Assembly (NCBI GenBank): GCA_964551495.1
Contig: CAZKCA010000002.1
Coordinates: 19,648 to 83,647 of the forward strand
Length of the DNA: 64,000 nucleotides
Direction: 5' to 3'
Source of the DNA: an uncultured Candidatus Saccharibacteria bacterium
GTDB lineage: Bacteria; Patescibacteriota; Minisyncoccia; Phycocordibacterales; DATDWN01
Shown here: piece by piece, positions 29,969 to 38,733 of the stretch
Position numbering within the stretch: the first letter of the stretch is position 1
How the letters are laid out: each line of letters opens with the position of its first letter
Program-made: the position numbers and the translations under genes
Notes under the pieces: generated by a model
What the model was told of the DNA's origin: nothing
The model's database searches: none
The model's input: only the letters and a program-made list of their open reading frames with translations

Positions 29969-31233
29969 TGAATAAATATGTACTTACATTTATAATTTTA
30001 ATAATATTTTTTGGATTCAGGTATTCTTTTGCTGATACTGTTTCTGAATTACAAAATAAAATAGAAGATAGATCAAAACAAATACAAGAAATAGAAGAGG
30101 AAATAAAACAATACACCGAGGAGGTAAATAGAATAAATAAACAATCTAAAACACTATCTAACGCAATAAAAAGTTTAGATACTACTCAAAAGAAAATAAG
30201 TGCTGATTTAAACTTAACCACTCAAAAAATAAACCGAGCAGAATTAACCATAGAACAACTTAACAACGAAATATATAATACTGGAATCAAACTATCTAAA
30301 AATAGAGAAATTGTAGCTAATACAATAAGAACAATAAACCAAGCTGATGAACTAAGTTTAATTTCGCTTGTTTTTTCAGGAAAAAGCATAACTGAAGTTT
30401 GGGAAGATTTAGATTCAATTAAAAAACTTCAATATGAAGTAAGAAACCAATCTAACGAGTTAACCATGATAAAAAAAGAAATGGAAGACAAAAATTTAAG
30501 TTTGGTTAATCAAAAAAGAGAACTGACAAATTATCAAGGTGATCTTGTTGGCCAAAGACAAGTAATTGAGGAGAATAAAAAAGAAAAAAGTAACTTATTG
30601 AATCAGACAAAAAATCAGGAACAAGCATACCGAACACTAATTGAAGAAAAAGAAAGAGAAAAGGATCAATTTGAAAAAGAATTATTTGAATATGAGTCTC
30701 AATTAAAGATATTTATAGACCCAACAGGATACCCTAGTCCAAGAAATGGAATTTTATCTTGGCCGTTAGACAATGTCTACATAACTCAATCTTTTGGTAG
30801 AACAGTTGCTGCTCAAAGACTTTATGTTTCTGGATCACACAACGGAGTAGATTTTAGAGCTAGTATTGGAACAAAGGTTAAATCTGTTTTAGATGGAGTA
30901 GTAGTTGGCACAGGAAATACAGATGCTTATCGCGGATGCTACTCTTTCGGTAAATGGGTAATGGTAAAACATCCTAATGGTCTTTCTACTATATATGCAC
31001 ACCTCTCTGTTATATCAGTATCTCCTGGGGTAGAAGTTAGAACTGGAGATACAATAGGTTTTACTGGTAATACAGGATACTCTACTGGCCCACACCTACA
31101 CCTAGGACTTTATGCTACCCAAGGAGTAAGAATTGAAAAACATGCAACCAGTAGGGGATGTAAGGAGGCAACAATGCCACTGGCAGATATAAAAGCATAC
31201 TTAGATCCTCTACCTTATTTACCTGCACTATAA
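29968..31233 (+). CDS. M23 (LytM) peptidase with N-terminal coiled-coil (EnvC-like)
   Basis: Signal/TM, a long coiled-coil, and C-terminal LytM motifs HNGVDF and GYSTGPHLHLGLY. Confidence 0.8.
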   Translation: MNKYVLTFIILIIFFGFRYSFADTVSELQNKIEDRSKQIQEIEEEIKQYTEEVNRINKQSKTLSNAIKSLDTTQKKISADLNLTTQKINRAELTIEQLNNEIYNTGIKLSKNREIVANTIRTINQADELSLISLVFSGKSITEVWEDLDSIKKLQYEVRNQSNELTMIKKEMEDKNLSLVNQKRELTNYQGDLVGQRQVIEENKKEKSNLLNQTKNQEQAYRTLIEEKEREKDQFEKELFEYESQLKIFIDPTGYPSPRNGILSWPLDNVYITQSFGRTVAAQRLYVSGSHNGVDFRASIGTKVKSVLDGVVVGTGNTDAYRGCYSFGKWVMVKHPNGLSTIYAHLSVISVSPGVEVRTGDTIGFTGNTGYSTGPHLHLGLYATQGVRIEKHATSRGCKEATMPLADIKAYLDPLPYLPAL

Positions 31234-31268
31234 AACCCTCCCTACTTTTTCAAGTGGGAGGGTTTTGT
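31234..31268 (+). terminator. intrinsic terminator after the M23 peptidase gene
   Basis: CCCTCCC-TACTTTTTCAAGT-GGGAGGG followed by TTTTGTTCTTT. Confidence 0.55.
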
Positions 31269-31359
31269 TCTTTATCATCTTTTAATGCTACGTAGTATAA
31301 AGCAAGAACCGTTATAAAAAGACAAAATAGAGCTGTTAACACTAAGGCCATATCAGGAT

Positions 31360-31803
31360 TCATTTTCTCACCTTCAATAAAAAGTCGAGAGCGTCCATTA
31401 CGGCCTTGAATTTTTCAAGTGAACAAGACCTTACAAAATCACCCTGTTCTATATTTTCAAAAAAAGATAAAACTTTACTTATAGAATACAGATGATTATC
31501 ATAAAAACCTTCTTTGTTCCTAATGTTCATATTCTTATGAATACTTTTTAGTTTTTTATGATAGATTTTAATTAGTCTAACAAGACATTTATATTCTTCT
31601 CCTCCGTGGATAAAATAAGGTTTATTGCCTATAATAAAATCCACCTCTGCTTCATTTCTAATAAACAAGATTAGAAGCTTTATCTTTTTTAGATCTTCCT
31701 TAGATTCTGTTATCTTTTTCAGCGGATCATAATTAGAATCTCTAATCATTACTAACATTAAAAGACAGAGAACTAAAACAAAGAAAACCACAATGAAGAA
31801 CAT
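31360..31803 (-). CDS. hypothetical membrane-anchored protein
   Basis: 147-aa ORF with an N-terminal hydrophobic helix and AT-rich native codon usage. Confidence 0.45.
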   Translation of the reverse strand: MFFIVVFFVLVLCLLMLVMIRDSNYDPLKKITESKEDLKKIKLLILFIRNEAEVDFIIGNKPYFIHGGEEYKCLVRLIKIYHKKLKSIHKNMNIRNKEGFYDNHLYSISKVLSFFENIEQGDFVRSCSLEKFKAVMDALDFLLKVRK

Positions 31804-31924
31804 CTCAAACCCTCCTAAGCGAAAGATTATAATAAAAAAGCAATTAAGTCAATTTCATTATTTTATCTTTTTTAATAAAAATTGTTATAATATAAACATA
31901 TTTAATTAGTTAAAAAATAAAAAT

Positions 31925-32179
31925 ATGAAAAGAAATGTTGGTTCTTTAGATAGAGCAATTAGAATAGTTTTGGGACTACTTTTTATATGGTGGAGCACAA
32001 GCCTTTCAGGACTTCTCTCTGGGCTAACGCTTATTATAGGAACTATATTGTTTATTACAGGAGTAGTAGGAAGATGTTTGATGTATAAACTACTAAAAAT
32101 GAAAACTAATAAATGTGAACACTGCGGTAAAGGAGAATGTGACTGCAATAATATCCAAACTAATACAAACAACCAATAA
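31925..32179 (+). CDS. DUF2892-like small membrane protein with Cys-rich tail
   Basis: MKRNVGSLDRAIRIVLGLLFIWW matches the NVGxxDRxxR N-terminus of the YgaP-like DUF2892 family. C-terminal CEHCGKGECDC. Confidence 0.55.
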   Translation: MKRNVGSLDRAIRIVLGLLFIWWSTSLSGLLSGLTLIIGTILFITGVVGRCLMYKLLKMKTNKCEHCGKGECDCNNIQTNTNNQ

Positions 32180-32202
32180 TAAAATAAGTAAGATGCCCAA
32201 TA

Positions 32203-32241
32203 AAAAATAAACACAGCATATTTTTGCTGTGTTTATTTTTT
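32203..32241 (+). terminator. perfect palindromic terminator
   Basis: AAAAATAAACACAGCA-TATTTT-TGCTGTGTTTATTTTTT. Confidence 0.6.
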
Positions 32242-32763
32242 GATACCTAAAATAAAGGGTAGGGGACTTCCCTATTGGGAATAGAAAATTAGTCACTAAA
32301 TCTTTTTATGAGATAAAAGATATTTGACGTATTAGGGGAATAGATAAATATACACGATAAACTAATAATCATAATAAAAATAAACAAATTACATTGAACA
32401 AATTGTTTAAAAGATCAATAAATTATTTTAATAGATTTAAAGAACTTTCTCTCTTATATAGAGTGACCAAAGATATATTGTGCGACGTATAATGTATTTA
32501 TTCCCCTCTGTAAATAAAGACCTTAAATGCAAACTTGAAAATAAAAAATAAATGGAAAAACTCCCTACCCTGTGGTAGTATGGTCCTCGGAGGAATGGAG
32601 AAATGCAGAACAACTACTTTGATCCCCTGGAATTTGAAAAAGGCGGCCGACTTATATCAAATTAATGATTGTTATAATTATTATTTCAATAATACCCCTA
32701 ATGATCTTCGTACAATCTTCTATGAAGTCACTTAGGCAAGACCAGAACAAAGTAAGTTGGATA

Positions 32764-33027
32764 ATGGAAACTAAATTAGAACAAATTGGGCCCTACCACT
32801 ACGTAGGATATGCCAAAGAAAACGGAAAAGAAGGTATCCGAGTTGTTACAATCAACTTAGTAGATTGTCCTAAAGAGTTTAAGTTTCGATTTCCTAAAAA
32901 AGGAGATTTTGTCCGTGTTGAACTTTACAAACAAGAAGAAATAGCAGAGACAAAATCTGGAGACCTTATACTCACCCTTCCTAAAGATTTTATAAAAATG
33001 GGAATACTAGATCCTCAATGTAAATGA
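32764..33027 (+). CDS. hypothetical 87-aa protein (weak AbrB/MazE-like swapped-hairpin motif near C-terminus); longer ORF from 32665 possible
   Basis: METKLEQIGPYHYVGYAKENGKEGIRVVTINLVD...SGDLILTLPKDFIKMGILDPQCK. The motif G-x-hydrophobic-I/L-P-K-x-hydrophobic-x-x-x-G-I resembles AbrB-N. This is low-confidence pattern recognition only. Confidence 0.3.
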   Translation: METKLEQIGPYHYVGYAKENGKEGIRVVTINLVDCPKEFKFRFPKKGDFVRVELYKQEEIAETKSGDLILTLPKDFIKMGILDPQCK

Positions 33028-33037
33028 CACCAAACTC

Positions 33038-33060
33038 AAAGCCCCTAATCGGGGCTTTTC
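33038..33060 (+). terminator. intrinsic terminator
   Basis: AAAGCCCC-TAAT-CGGGGCTTTTCTTT. Confidence 0.6.
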
Positions 33061-33101
33061 TTTATTCAAAAAATGTGATAATTTTTTGTTTGGAGGCGCC
33101 G

Positions 33102-33200
33102 GTGACATTAAAAGAATTGGCGATCGGTTGTCTGACTGGTCTTGCTGTTTTTTCAATAATGACAGCGGCTAGCATAATGTTTTTTCTGAAATGGAGGTGA
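33102..33200 (+). CDS. tiny hydrophobic peptide ORF (32 codons, GTG start)
   Basis: GGAGG 5 nt upstream of GTG. Translates to (M/V)TLKELAIGCLTGLAVFSIMTAASIMFFLKWR, a single predicted TM helix. An extended -10-like TGTGATAAT sits 20 nt upstream of the SD. Confidence 0.4.
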   Translation: MTLKELAIGCLTGLAVFSIMTAASIMFFLKWR

Positions 33201-33205
33201 CAGGC

Positions 33206-33274
33206 ATGTTTTCCAACGAACAAACCGTTTATGCACTCATTGTCCTTGCCTGGGCAATAACATTTCTTTTCTAA
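33206..33274 (+). CDS. tiny hydrophobic peptide ORF (22 codons)
   Basis: ATG 8 nt after GGAGG, which overlaps the stop of the preceding sORF. Translates to MFSNEQTVYALIVLAWAITFLF. An intrinsic terminator follows immediately. Confidence 0.4.
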   Translation: MFSNEQTVYALIVLAWAITFLF

Positions 33275-33284
33275 CCCACAACAA

Positions 33285-33304
33285 AAGCCCCTTTCGGGGC
33301 TTTT
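33285..33304 (+). terminator. intrinsic terminator
   Basis: AAAAGCCCC-TTTC-GGGGCTTTT. Confidence 0.6.
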
Positions 33305-33314
33305 ATCGTGAATA

Positions 33315-33755
33315 TTATTTATTCATAGCAAGAGCGGACTCATATTTACCCCAACAAGCTTTGGATGAAATCCAAGGCTGAGTTCCCTGCTTTTCATACA
33401 ATTTTCTTGCATAAGCAGTGTTACCTTCTATGGAATAAATATTATAATTCTCTTTTTCTGCTGTCTCTAAGTGGTAATACTCGTTTATTTGCATTACACC
33501 CACGTCAGCATTATTTACTTTTCCTCTATGAACTTCTCCTTTGGAGTCTAGATGTCTAAATGTTGATTCACATTTAGCAATCTCAATCATAATCGGAATA
33601 TCTGAGAAGTACTGTCTAATATACTGTTCAGTACTCATTAATTTTTCAACGTCCTTCTTTGAAACTTCTCTCACTAACTGAGGCTTTTGTTCTGGTATTT
33701 CGGTTACAGTAACTGGACTGTTAATACCTGATATACTTCCCAAAGCCATAAACAA
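33315..33755 (-). CDS. lysozyme-like / lytic-transglycosylase-like peptidoglycan hydrolase (secreted; N-terminus probably extends a few codons upstream)
   Basis: IAKCESTFRHLD...NNADVGVMQINEYYH...GTQPWISSKACW matches the CES...D.G.MQIN...PW...C pattern of lysozyme-like/SLT-like domains. The in-frame upstream sequence encodes a hydrophobic LILQFTVVSLF segment resembling a signal peptide, but no canonical start was found. Confidence 0.55.
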   Translation of the reverse strand: MFMALGSISGINSPVTVTEIPEQKPQLVREVSKKDVEKLMSTEQYIRQYFSDIPIMIEIAKCESTFRHLDSKGEVHRGKVNNADVGVMQINEYYHLETAEKENYNIYSIEGNTAYARKLYEKQGTQPWISSKACWGKYESALAMNK

Positions 33756-33966
33756 ACTAACTACTGTAAATTGTAAAATAAGACTTCTGTTAAGTTATAA
33801 TTCTGAAATTTACTCGGAGAAATGAAAACTCAGTAAATTACTGAGTATGTATATATTATAGCACCTTATGATTTATTTGTCAAAGCAAAACACACAAATT
33901 GGACCTTGAAAAGGGTTATAAAACCTATATTTTAAGCCATTTATTATCTTTTTTTATATAAACAAT

Positions 33967-33990
33967 AAAACTTGCTTTTTAGCAAGTTTT
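33967..33990. terminator. hairpin terminator downstream of the giant surface-protein gene
   Basis: AAAACTTGCT-TTTT-AGCAAGTTTT. Confidence 0.55.
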
Positions 33991-34017
33991 ATAAGTTATG
34001 CACTAATTCCCTACCCT

Positions 34018-37000
34018 TTAGAACTCCCTGTATATCAAAGGCTTGAGAGAAAATACAGCTGTGACAGTTTTAGGTGAATTTATTGTCAAAACACAGTTTC
34101 CAGTACCAGAACAATCCCCTTGCCAACCAACAAATCTCCAAGCGGAAGAATCTGGATAAGGAGTTAAGGTAACAACAGTACCAGAAGCATAATTTCTAGA
34201 ACAATTTGATCCACAGTCTATCAATGTATCAACACTTTTAACAGTTCCACCATAAGTTTTGAAAACTTCCAAGTTATGAGTTGTATTAGGAGTAATAGTT
34301 ACAGAGTCACTATCCCCTCCTTCAGTATTTGAACAGGTTAAAGTATAAGTTGTATTGTTTATTATTCCATTTATATCCTCACTACCTCCCAATACAGATT
34401 TTGATCCACTCCAACCACCAGATGCTGTACAACTAGTTGGATTTCCCGTTGTAGACCAAGAAATAGTTGTGGATAGAGGAGCATTACCTGTTGTTGGATT
34501 ACCACTTATTGTTACAGTAGGAACTGTTCCTTGTTTTTGCCAAGTCAATCCATACCCAGCCCCACCTCCATTTTCATACATTTCATAAACAAGAGTTCTC
34601 TGGCCAGCAGATAATACAACAGGAGAACCTGAGGTGCTTCTTATTGCATGGTCAGACCAATCATTTACCAAATATCCACTATCTGGAACACCATCGTTGT
34701 TATCATCAAAATATGCACGAGAACCATCATCTGACGCCGTAGTAAATACATATGTTCCAGCTGTAAAATTGAATCTTCCTTTCCATCTTACAGAATAAGT
34801 ATCTGTCAAAGTTCCTGGACCAGCAGATCCCCAGTCAACATTCGGCAGAGGTGAAGCTGTATTTGGTACAGGAGAAGCTAGGACAGGTCCAGTTATTGGA
34901 TTTATAGCAGCTAAAGTATTAAATGCAGTTCCTGTATAAGCACAACCATACATTTGATTTGTCCCTACTGTGGCAGGGTTACAAGAACCACCTGAGGCAG
35001 CTCCGACAGTAACTGAAGCATACCTTGTTACAGATGCTGGAGAAGCGTCAGCTCTATCACACCTTATACCAAAAGTATAATTTGAGCTTGGAGATACATC
35101 TGTATAACCACCACTTACACTCTTTGATCCGCTCCAACCAAACCCAGTTCCATTATACGCATAACAAGAAGTTGGGTTTCCCGTTGTAGACCATGTCAAT
35201 CTTGAACTATTTCCGGTTGTTATAGAAGAAGGTGTTGCTGTAAATGTTAATCCTATAGTAGGAGAAGATATAACAGGTACGGATACGGAAGTCGCACAAC
35301 CAGCATCTTTTCTTATTTCTATAGTATAAGTTCCTGTTCCAGAAAGAGGATAAACGTTTATTTGATTTGGTCCTCTATAAGTTGTAGGAACATTAAAACC
35401 ACTAGGACTATAAGTTATAGAGGCATTGTCTATTTCTGATTGTGTCCCGAAATTACCATAAATTATAAGGTAGCCGTTCATGTAAACTTCTGGAGTGTAC
35501 ACACCTGTACTAGCATTATAACCGTTATATCCGCTGACACTAAAGTTACAAGCATTAGGATTTACTTTGACAGCAACAGAATCCACAACATCAGCAGTCC
35601 CAGATTTACTACAAATTATATTGTAAGTATAAGTTCCAGCGGTTAAACTAGATCTTAATTCAGAACCACTAGGTACTGATTTGGATCCAGACCAATAACC
35701 AGAAGCTGTACAACTAGATGGACTCCCAGTTGTAGACCAACTAAGTGTTGTTGAGTTTGTAGGTAGGGTCATATTTGTTCTAGAAGCAGAAAGGTCCACA
35801 GTTATAGGAGAAGTTGCCCCAACTGTTACTGTGGCATTTGCAGAAACAGGAGAAAGACCTGCTTTGCTACATGTAATACTGTATGTATATGTCCCTGCGC
35901 TAGGAATAGAAACACCCTGACTTCCGCCGGATGTAGACCTAGACCCAGTCCATGCTCCACTAGCTGTACAACTATCTGGAGCACCTGTTGTTGTCCAAGT
36001 AAGTGTAGAAGAGTTTGAAGGCCATGTCATAGATGTTGGGCTAGCAGACAAAGTCACTCCTATAGAAGCTGGAGCAGATAGATTTACTGTAAGAGTAGCC
36101 AGCGTTCCTCCAGCTGTTGTATCTCCTCTTCTTTGCAAATAAAATACAGTTCCATTGGAAACATTGGACACAGCAACACTTCTACTACCTGAAAGATGCT
36201 GAGCCTCTAGTGTTCCAGAAGTACTTCCCCTTCTTACATCGTGATCACAATTTACATCAGAATATATAGTTGTAGCACCAGTTGCATTTGAAGTAACTAT
36301 TGGATTTGGGTTAGCATAAAAATTTGTAACAGAACAAGTTGGCTGAGTAACAACAACAGTGGCTTCTTTGTAATAATCCGCAACACCAGTCTTTGTACAA
36401 GTTATTCCATATGTATAAGTTCCAACAGTCAGACTAGATCTTACCTCTGAACCACCCGCTGTACTTTTTGCCCCACTCCAAGCTCCACTAGCTGTACAAC
36501 TTTCAGGATTTCCTGTTGTAGACCAAGTAAGTGTTGTAGAGTTTGTGGGTAGTGTCATAGATGTTGGAGTAGCTGAAAAATCTACAGTAATAGGTTCTGG
36601 TGGGACAGGACCAACTCTTGTAGCCATTGTCACTGGTCCAACGTCTCCATCGTTTGCCAAAGACATACCAATAGAAACAATAACTGTTCCAGCAGGGGCT
36701 CTTAGAACTCTTTTTAATGAGCTAATTGATGGATATCCATGTAACCTACAACTCCCTATATAAGGATCCTCCCAGCCTTTATATCCTGCGGTGTTATTAT
36801 TCCCAATATCAACAAGACTTGCATATTCTTGATAATAACAAGGTTTTTCTGGTGAATCATCTATATATGGACTAGCACTACCCATACCTCCAGAAGTAGG
36901 CCTTCCGGATCTTGTTCCCCATGTCCAACCAACAGCATATCTTCCTGTTTGATATGGAGCTCCTGGGTTTGCCGGGTCATTTCCTGGACCATTTGTACAA

Positions 37001-37239
37001 GTTATACTTGTAGATCCTATAGAATTAAAATTTATAGTTCCATCTGGATTCACTGGGGCGTATAAAATAGACAAAGTACAAGCCTTGTCGTCTGAACCAT
37101 ATCCTATAGCAGTTAGCCCACTACCCTCGGGAACAGTCATAAGTGCTCCAGAGTCATAATAATTTTCGGCATTGACTGATGATAGCCCCGCAAAAAATAA
37201 AATTGATGCTAATAAACAAATTTTTAATAATCTTTTCAT
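34018..37239 (-). CDS. giant secreted surface protein: signal peptide, five Ig-like Cys-pair repeats, PA14 domain, C-terminal InlB-B-repeat-like domain
   Basis: 1073 aa. Signal MKRLLKICLLASILFFAGLSSVNA. About 85-aa repeats of the form TLTWSTTGNPxSCTASGxWSGSKSxxGGSE...GTYTYxIxCSK, four in tandem and a fifth after PA14. PA14-like YSVRWKGRFNFTAGTYVFTTASDDGSRAYFDDN...YEMYENGGGAGYGLTWQ. Terminal GTVVTLTPYPDSSAWRFVGWQGDCSGTGNCVLTINSPKTVTAVF. Confidence 0.8.
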   Translation of the reverse strand: MKRLLKICLLASILFFAGLSSVNAENYYDSGALMTVPEGSGLTAIGYGSDDKACTLSILYAPVNPDGTINFNSIGSTSITCTNGPGNDPANPGAPYQTGRYAVGWTWGTRSGRPTSGGMGSASPYIDDSPEKPCYYQEYASLVDIGNNNTAGYKGWEDPYIGSCRLHGYPSISSLKRVLRAPAGTVIVSIGMSLANDGDVGPVTMATRVGPVPPEPITVDFSATPTSMTLPTNSTTLTWSTTGNPESCTASGAWSGAKSTAGGSEVRSSLTVGTYTYGITCTKTGVADYYKEATVVVTQPTCSVTNFYANPNPIVTSNATGATTIYSDVNCDHDVRRGSTSGTLEAQHLSGSRSVAVSNVSNGTVFYLQRRGDTTAGGTLATLTVNLSAPASIGVTLSASPTSMTWPSNSSTLTWTTTGAPDSCTASGAWTGSRSTSGGSQGVSIPSAGTYTYSITCSKAGLSPVSANATVTVGATSPITVDLSASRTNMTLPTNSTTLSWSTTGSPSSCTASGYWSGSKSVPSGSELRSSLTAGTYTYNIICSKSGTADVVDSVAVKVNPNACNFSVSGYNGYNASTGVYTPEVYMNGYLIIYGNFGTQSEIDNASITYSPSGFNVPTTYRGPNQINVYPLSGTGTYTIEIRKDAGCATSVSVPVISSPTIGLTFTATPSSITTGNSSRLTWSTTGNPTSCYAYNGTGFGWSGSKSVSGGYTDVSPSSNYTFGIRCDRADASPASVTRYASVTVGAASGGSCNPATVGTNQMYGCAYTGTAFNTLAAINPITGPVLASPVPNTASPLPNVDWGSAGPGTLTDTYSVRWKGRFNFTAGTYVFTTASDDGSRAYFDDNNDGVPDSGYLVNDWSDHAIRSTSGSPVVLSAGQRTLVYEMYENGGGAGYGLTWQKQGTVPTVTISGNPTTGNAPLSTTISWSTTGNPTSCTASGGWSGSKSVLGGSEDINGIINNTTYTLTCSNTEGGDSDSVTITPNTTHNLEVFKTYGGTVKSVDTLIDCGSNCSRNYASGTVVTLTPYPDSSAWRFVGWQGDCSGTGNCVLTINSPKTVTAVFSLKPLIYREF

Positions 37240-37240
37240 G

Positions 37241-37783
37241 TTATTTTATTGTTAAGGATATTGTTACATAAGAAAGACCTCCGTCTATAGAAGAAACAGT
37301 GATAGAAAAACGATCGTTTTCTTTTGAAGCAGATAGGAAATCATACTTTGATTCATTGACTTCTTCTAAGAGATAATCTTCTCTAGAAAAAAAATCTTTA
37401 AAAGAACCTACTATTTGATTTCTGGATAAAATAGAATAATAGACATAATTTACAAAAGTCACTTCTCTCTCTGTCCCAGCAAAATTTGTTACTGCCTTGC
37501 TCAGCTCTATATCTACTGGGTTTGTTTCTACAGGCAAACCAAGTAGATACCCAGTAGGAGCTTTGTCTTTTTCTTCAAATAATACAGTTTCTTGTTCTGC
37601 CTTTAGTCGAGCATTTTCTTCTGCCATTTCTGGGTCAGAAACATAAACCTGCTCTCCTCCTACTACTGGCTTATTGTTAAAGTAGTATTTAACAAAGAAA
37701 AACCCTCCTACCAACACAACTAAAAGAACTAATAAAATTATTAAATTACTTTTTTTAAAAGTATTATTTGTAGTTTCGTCCAT
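37241..37783 (-). CDS. hypothetical membrane-anchored protein, co-operonic with the giant surface protein
   Basis: 180 aa with N-terminal TM LIILLVLLVVLVGGFFFV and an extracytoplasmic domain. It ends 1 nt before the start of the surface-protein gene. Confidence 0.5.
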   Translation of the reverse strand: MDETTNNTFKKSNLIILLVLLVVLVGGFFFVKYYFNNKPVVGGEQVYVSDPEMAEENARLKAEQETVLFEEKDKAPTGYLLGLPVETNPVDIELSKAVTNFAGTEREVTFVNYVYYSILSRNQIVGSFKDFFSREDYLLEEVNESKYDFLSASKENDRFSITVSSIDGGLSYVTISLTIK

Positions 37784-37886
37784 AATAAAATTATATATTG
37801 TTTCTAGCTAGTTAGCCAATTATAGCTATGTAAAACTGTGTAAAACTGAAGACCACAAAAATACAAAAAGTAAACCTGTGGAAAAC

Positions 37887-37915
37887 TTGACTTTTTTTAA
37901 AAAATAGTCTATGGT
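37887..37915 (+). promoter_or_regulatory. sigma70-like promoter for the beta-barrel-like gene
   Basis: TTGACT, a 17-nt spacer, then TATGGT; about 50 nt upstream of a GGAGG SD. Confidence 0.45.
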
Positions 37916-37964
37916 GGAGTCAGACAGCCTTGCTGTTCTATCTTTTAGATTCGGAGGCTTCGAG

Positions 37965-38612
37965 GTGAAAAAGTTTGTCTCGCTCTTTGCAATCCTTTTG
38001 GCGATCGTACTCGCGACCGCCTCCATGAACGCTCAAGAAAACCGCAAGGTTGCCTTTTATGCTATCGGTGCTGGTAGCATCGATAGTGGATCTTCTTCCA
38101 GCAACATCAGCGGACTTGGCACCCAAGTGGGTGCTGGTGTCGACATCAATCCTGAGGGCTTTGGCCTTGGACTACGGTTTACCAACGGCTCCCCTGTGGA
38201 CCAAAGCTTCAGTCGAGGCTTTGATAACCTTCCTCCGTGGTATACGGGGCAAGTTCCTCAAGCCAACTATAGGACCGAAAACAGAAGCCGAGTCTTCTCA
38301 GCAATGTTCCAGAAAGGGTTCGGCAACCAAAAAGCCAAACTTATTCTGGGTGCTGGACCAGGAGTTCTGCTAACCCGTTCAAACATCACGGAAAGTTACA
38401 CCGGTGTACCGGCAAACTTTCCTTTTGGAGACACTTCCACAAGAAGTTTCTCTAACAAGCAGAACACTTTTGTCGGCACCTTCGGCGCCACAATTGTCGT
38501 CCGAGGAGGAAAAAACTTCGACTTTCGGTTCGGGGTTCAATATCTCCGAGGATTTACCGGAGAAAAACAGTCTTTCATTATGCCCGTTGGCGGTGCCGGC
38601 GTTGGCTTCTAG
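37965..38612 (+). CDS. outer-membrane-protein-type beta-barrel-like protein (OMP_b-brl-like), GC-anomalous
   Basis: GTG start 7 nt after GGAGG. Signal peptide VKKFVSLFAILLAIVLATASMNAQ. Alternating hydrophobic beta-strand patterns (KVAFYAIGAGSI, FGLGLRFTN, KLILGAGPGVLLT, TFVGTFGATIVVRG, FDFRFGVQYLRGF) and a C-terminal GAGVGF ending in Phe. About 50% GC. Confidence 0.5.
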   Translation: MKKFVSLFAILLAIVLATASMNAQENRKVAFYAIGAGSIDSGSSSSNISGLGTQVGAGVDINPEGFGLGLRFTNGSPVDQSFSRGFDNLPPWYTGQVPQANYRTENRSRVFSAMFQKGFGNQKAKLILGAGPGVLLTRSNITESYTGVPANFPFGDTSTRSFSNKQNTFVGTFGATIVVRGGKNFDFRFGVQYLRGFTGEKQSFIMPVGGAGVGF

Positions 38613-38617
38613 TTCTT

Positions 38618-38733
38618 CCCGCCCCTTGGGGCGGACAAAGAAATCCCATAATTTGGGCTTCCACGTGGAAGCTCCAGATTATGGGATTTTTCTATTACAC
38701 TAAGTGTCAAGGGGCATCCTTGACATATTTTTT
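38618..38733. terminator. three consecutive stem-loops ending in a T-rich terminator
   Basis: Hairpin 1: CCGCCCC-TTGG-GGCGG. Hairpin 2: a long AAATCCCATAAT...ATTATGGGATTT stem enclosing the perfect palindrome GCTTCCACGTGGAAGC. Hairpin 3: TGTCAAGG-GGCAT-CCTTGACA followed by TATTTTTT. The cluster lies between convergent genes. Confidence 0.5.

Noticed and set aside
32535-32735. 66-aa ORF and nested alternative small ORFs after a GGAGG at about 32585 (MEKCRTTT... or MQNNYFDPLEFEKGGRLISN)
   Set aside because: SD spacing is either too short (1 nt) or the product is unsupported. They cannot be distinguished from chance ORFs, so they were left unannotated.
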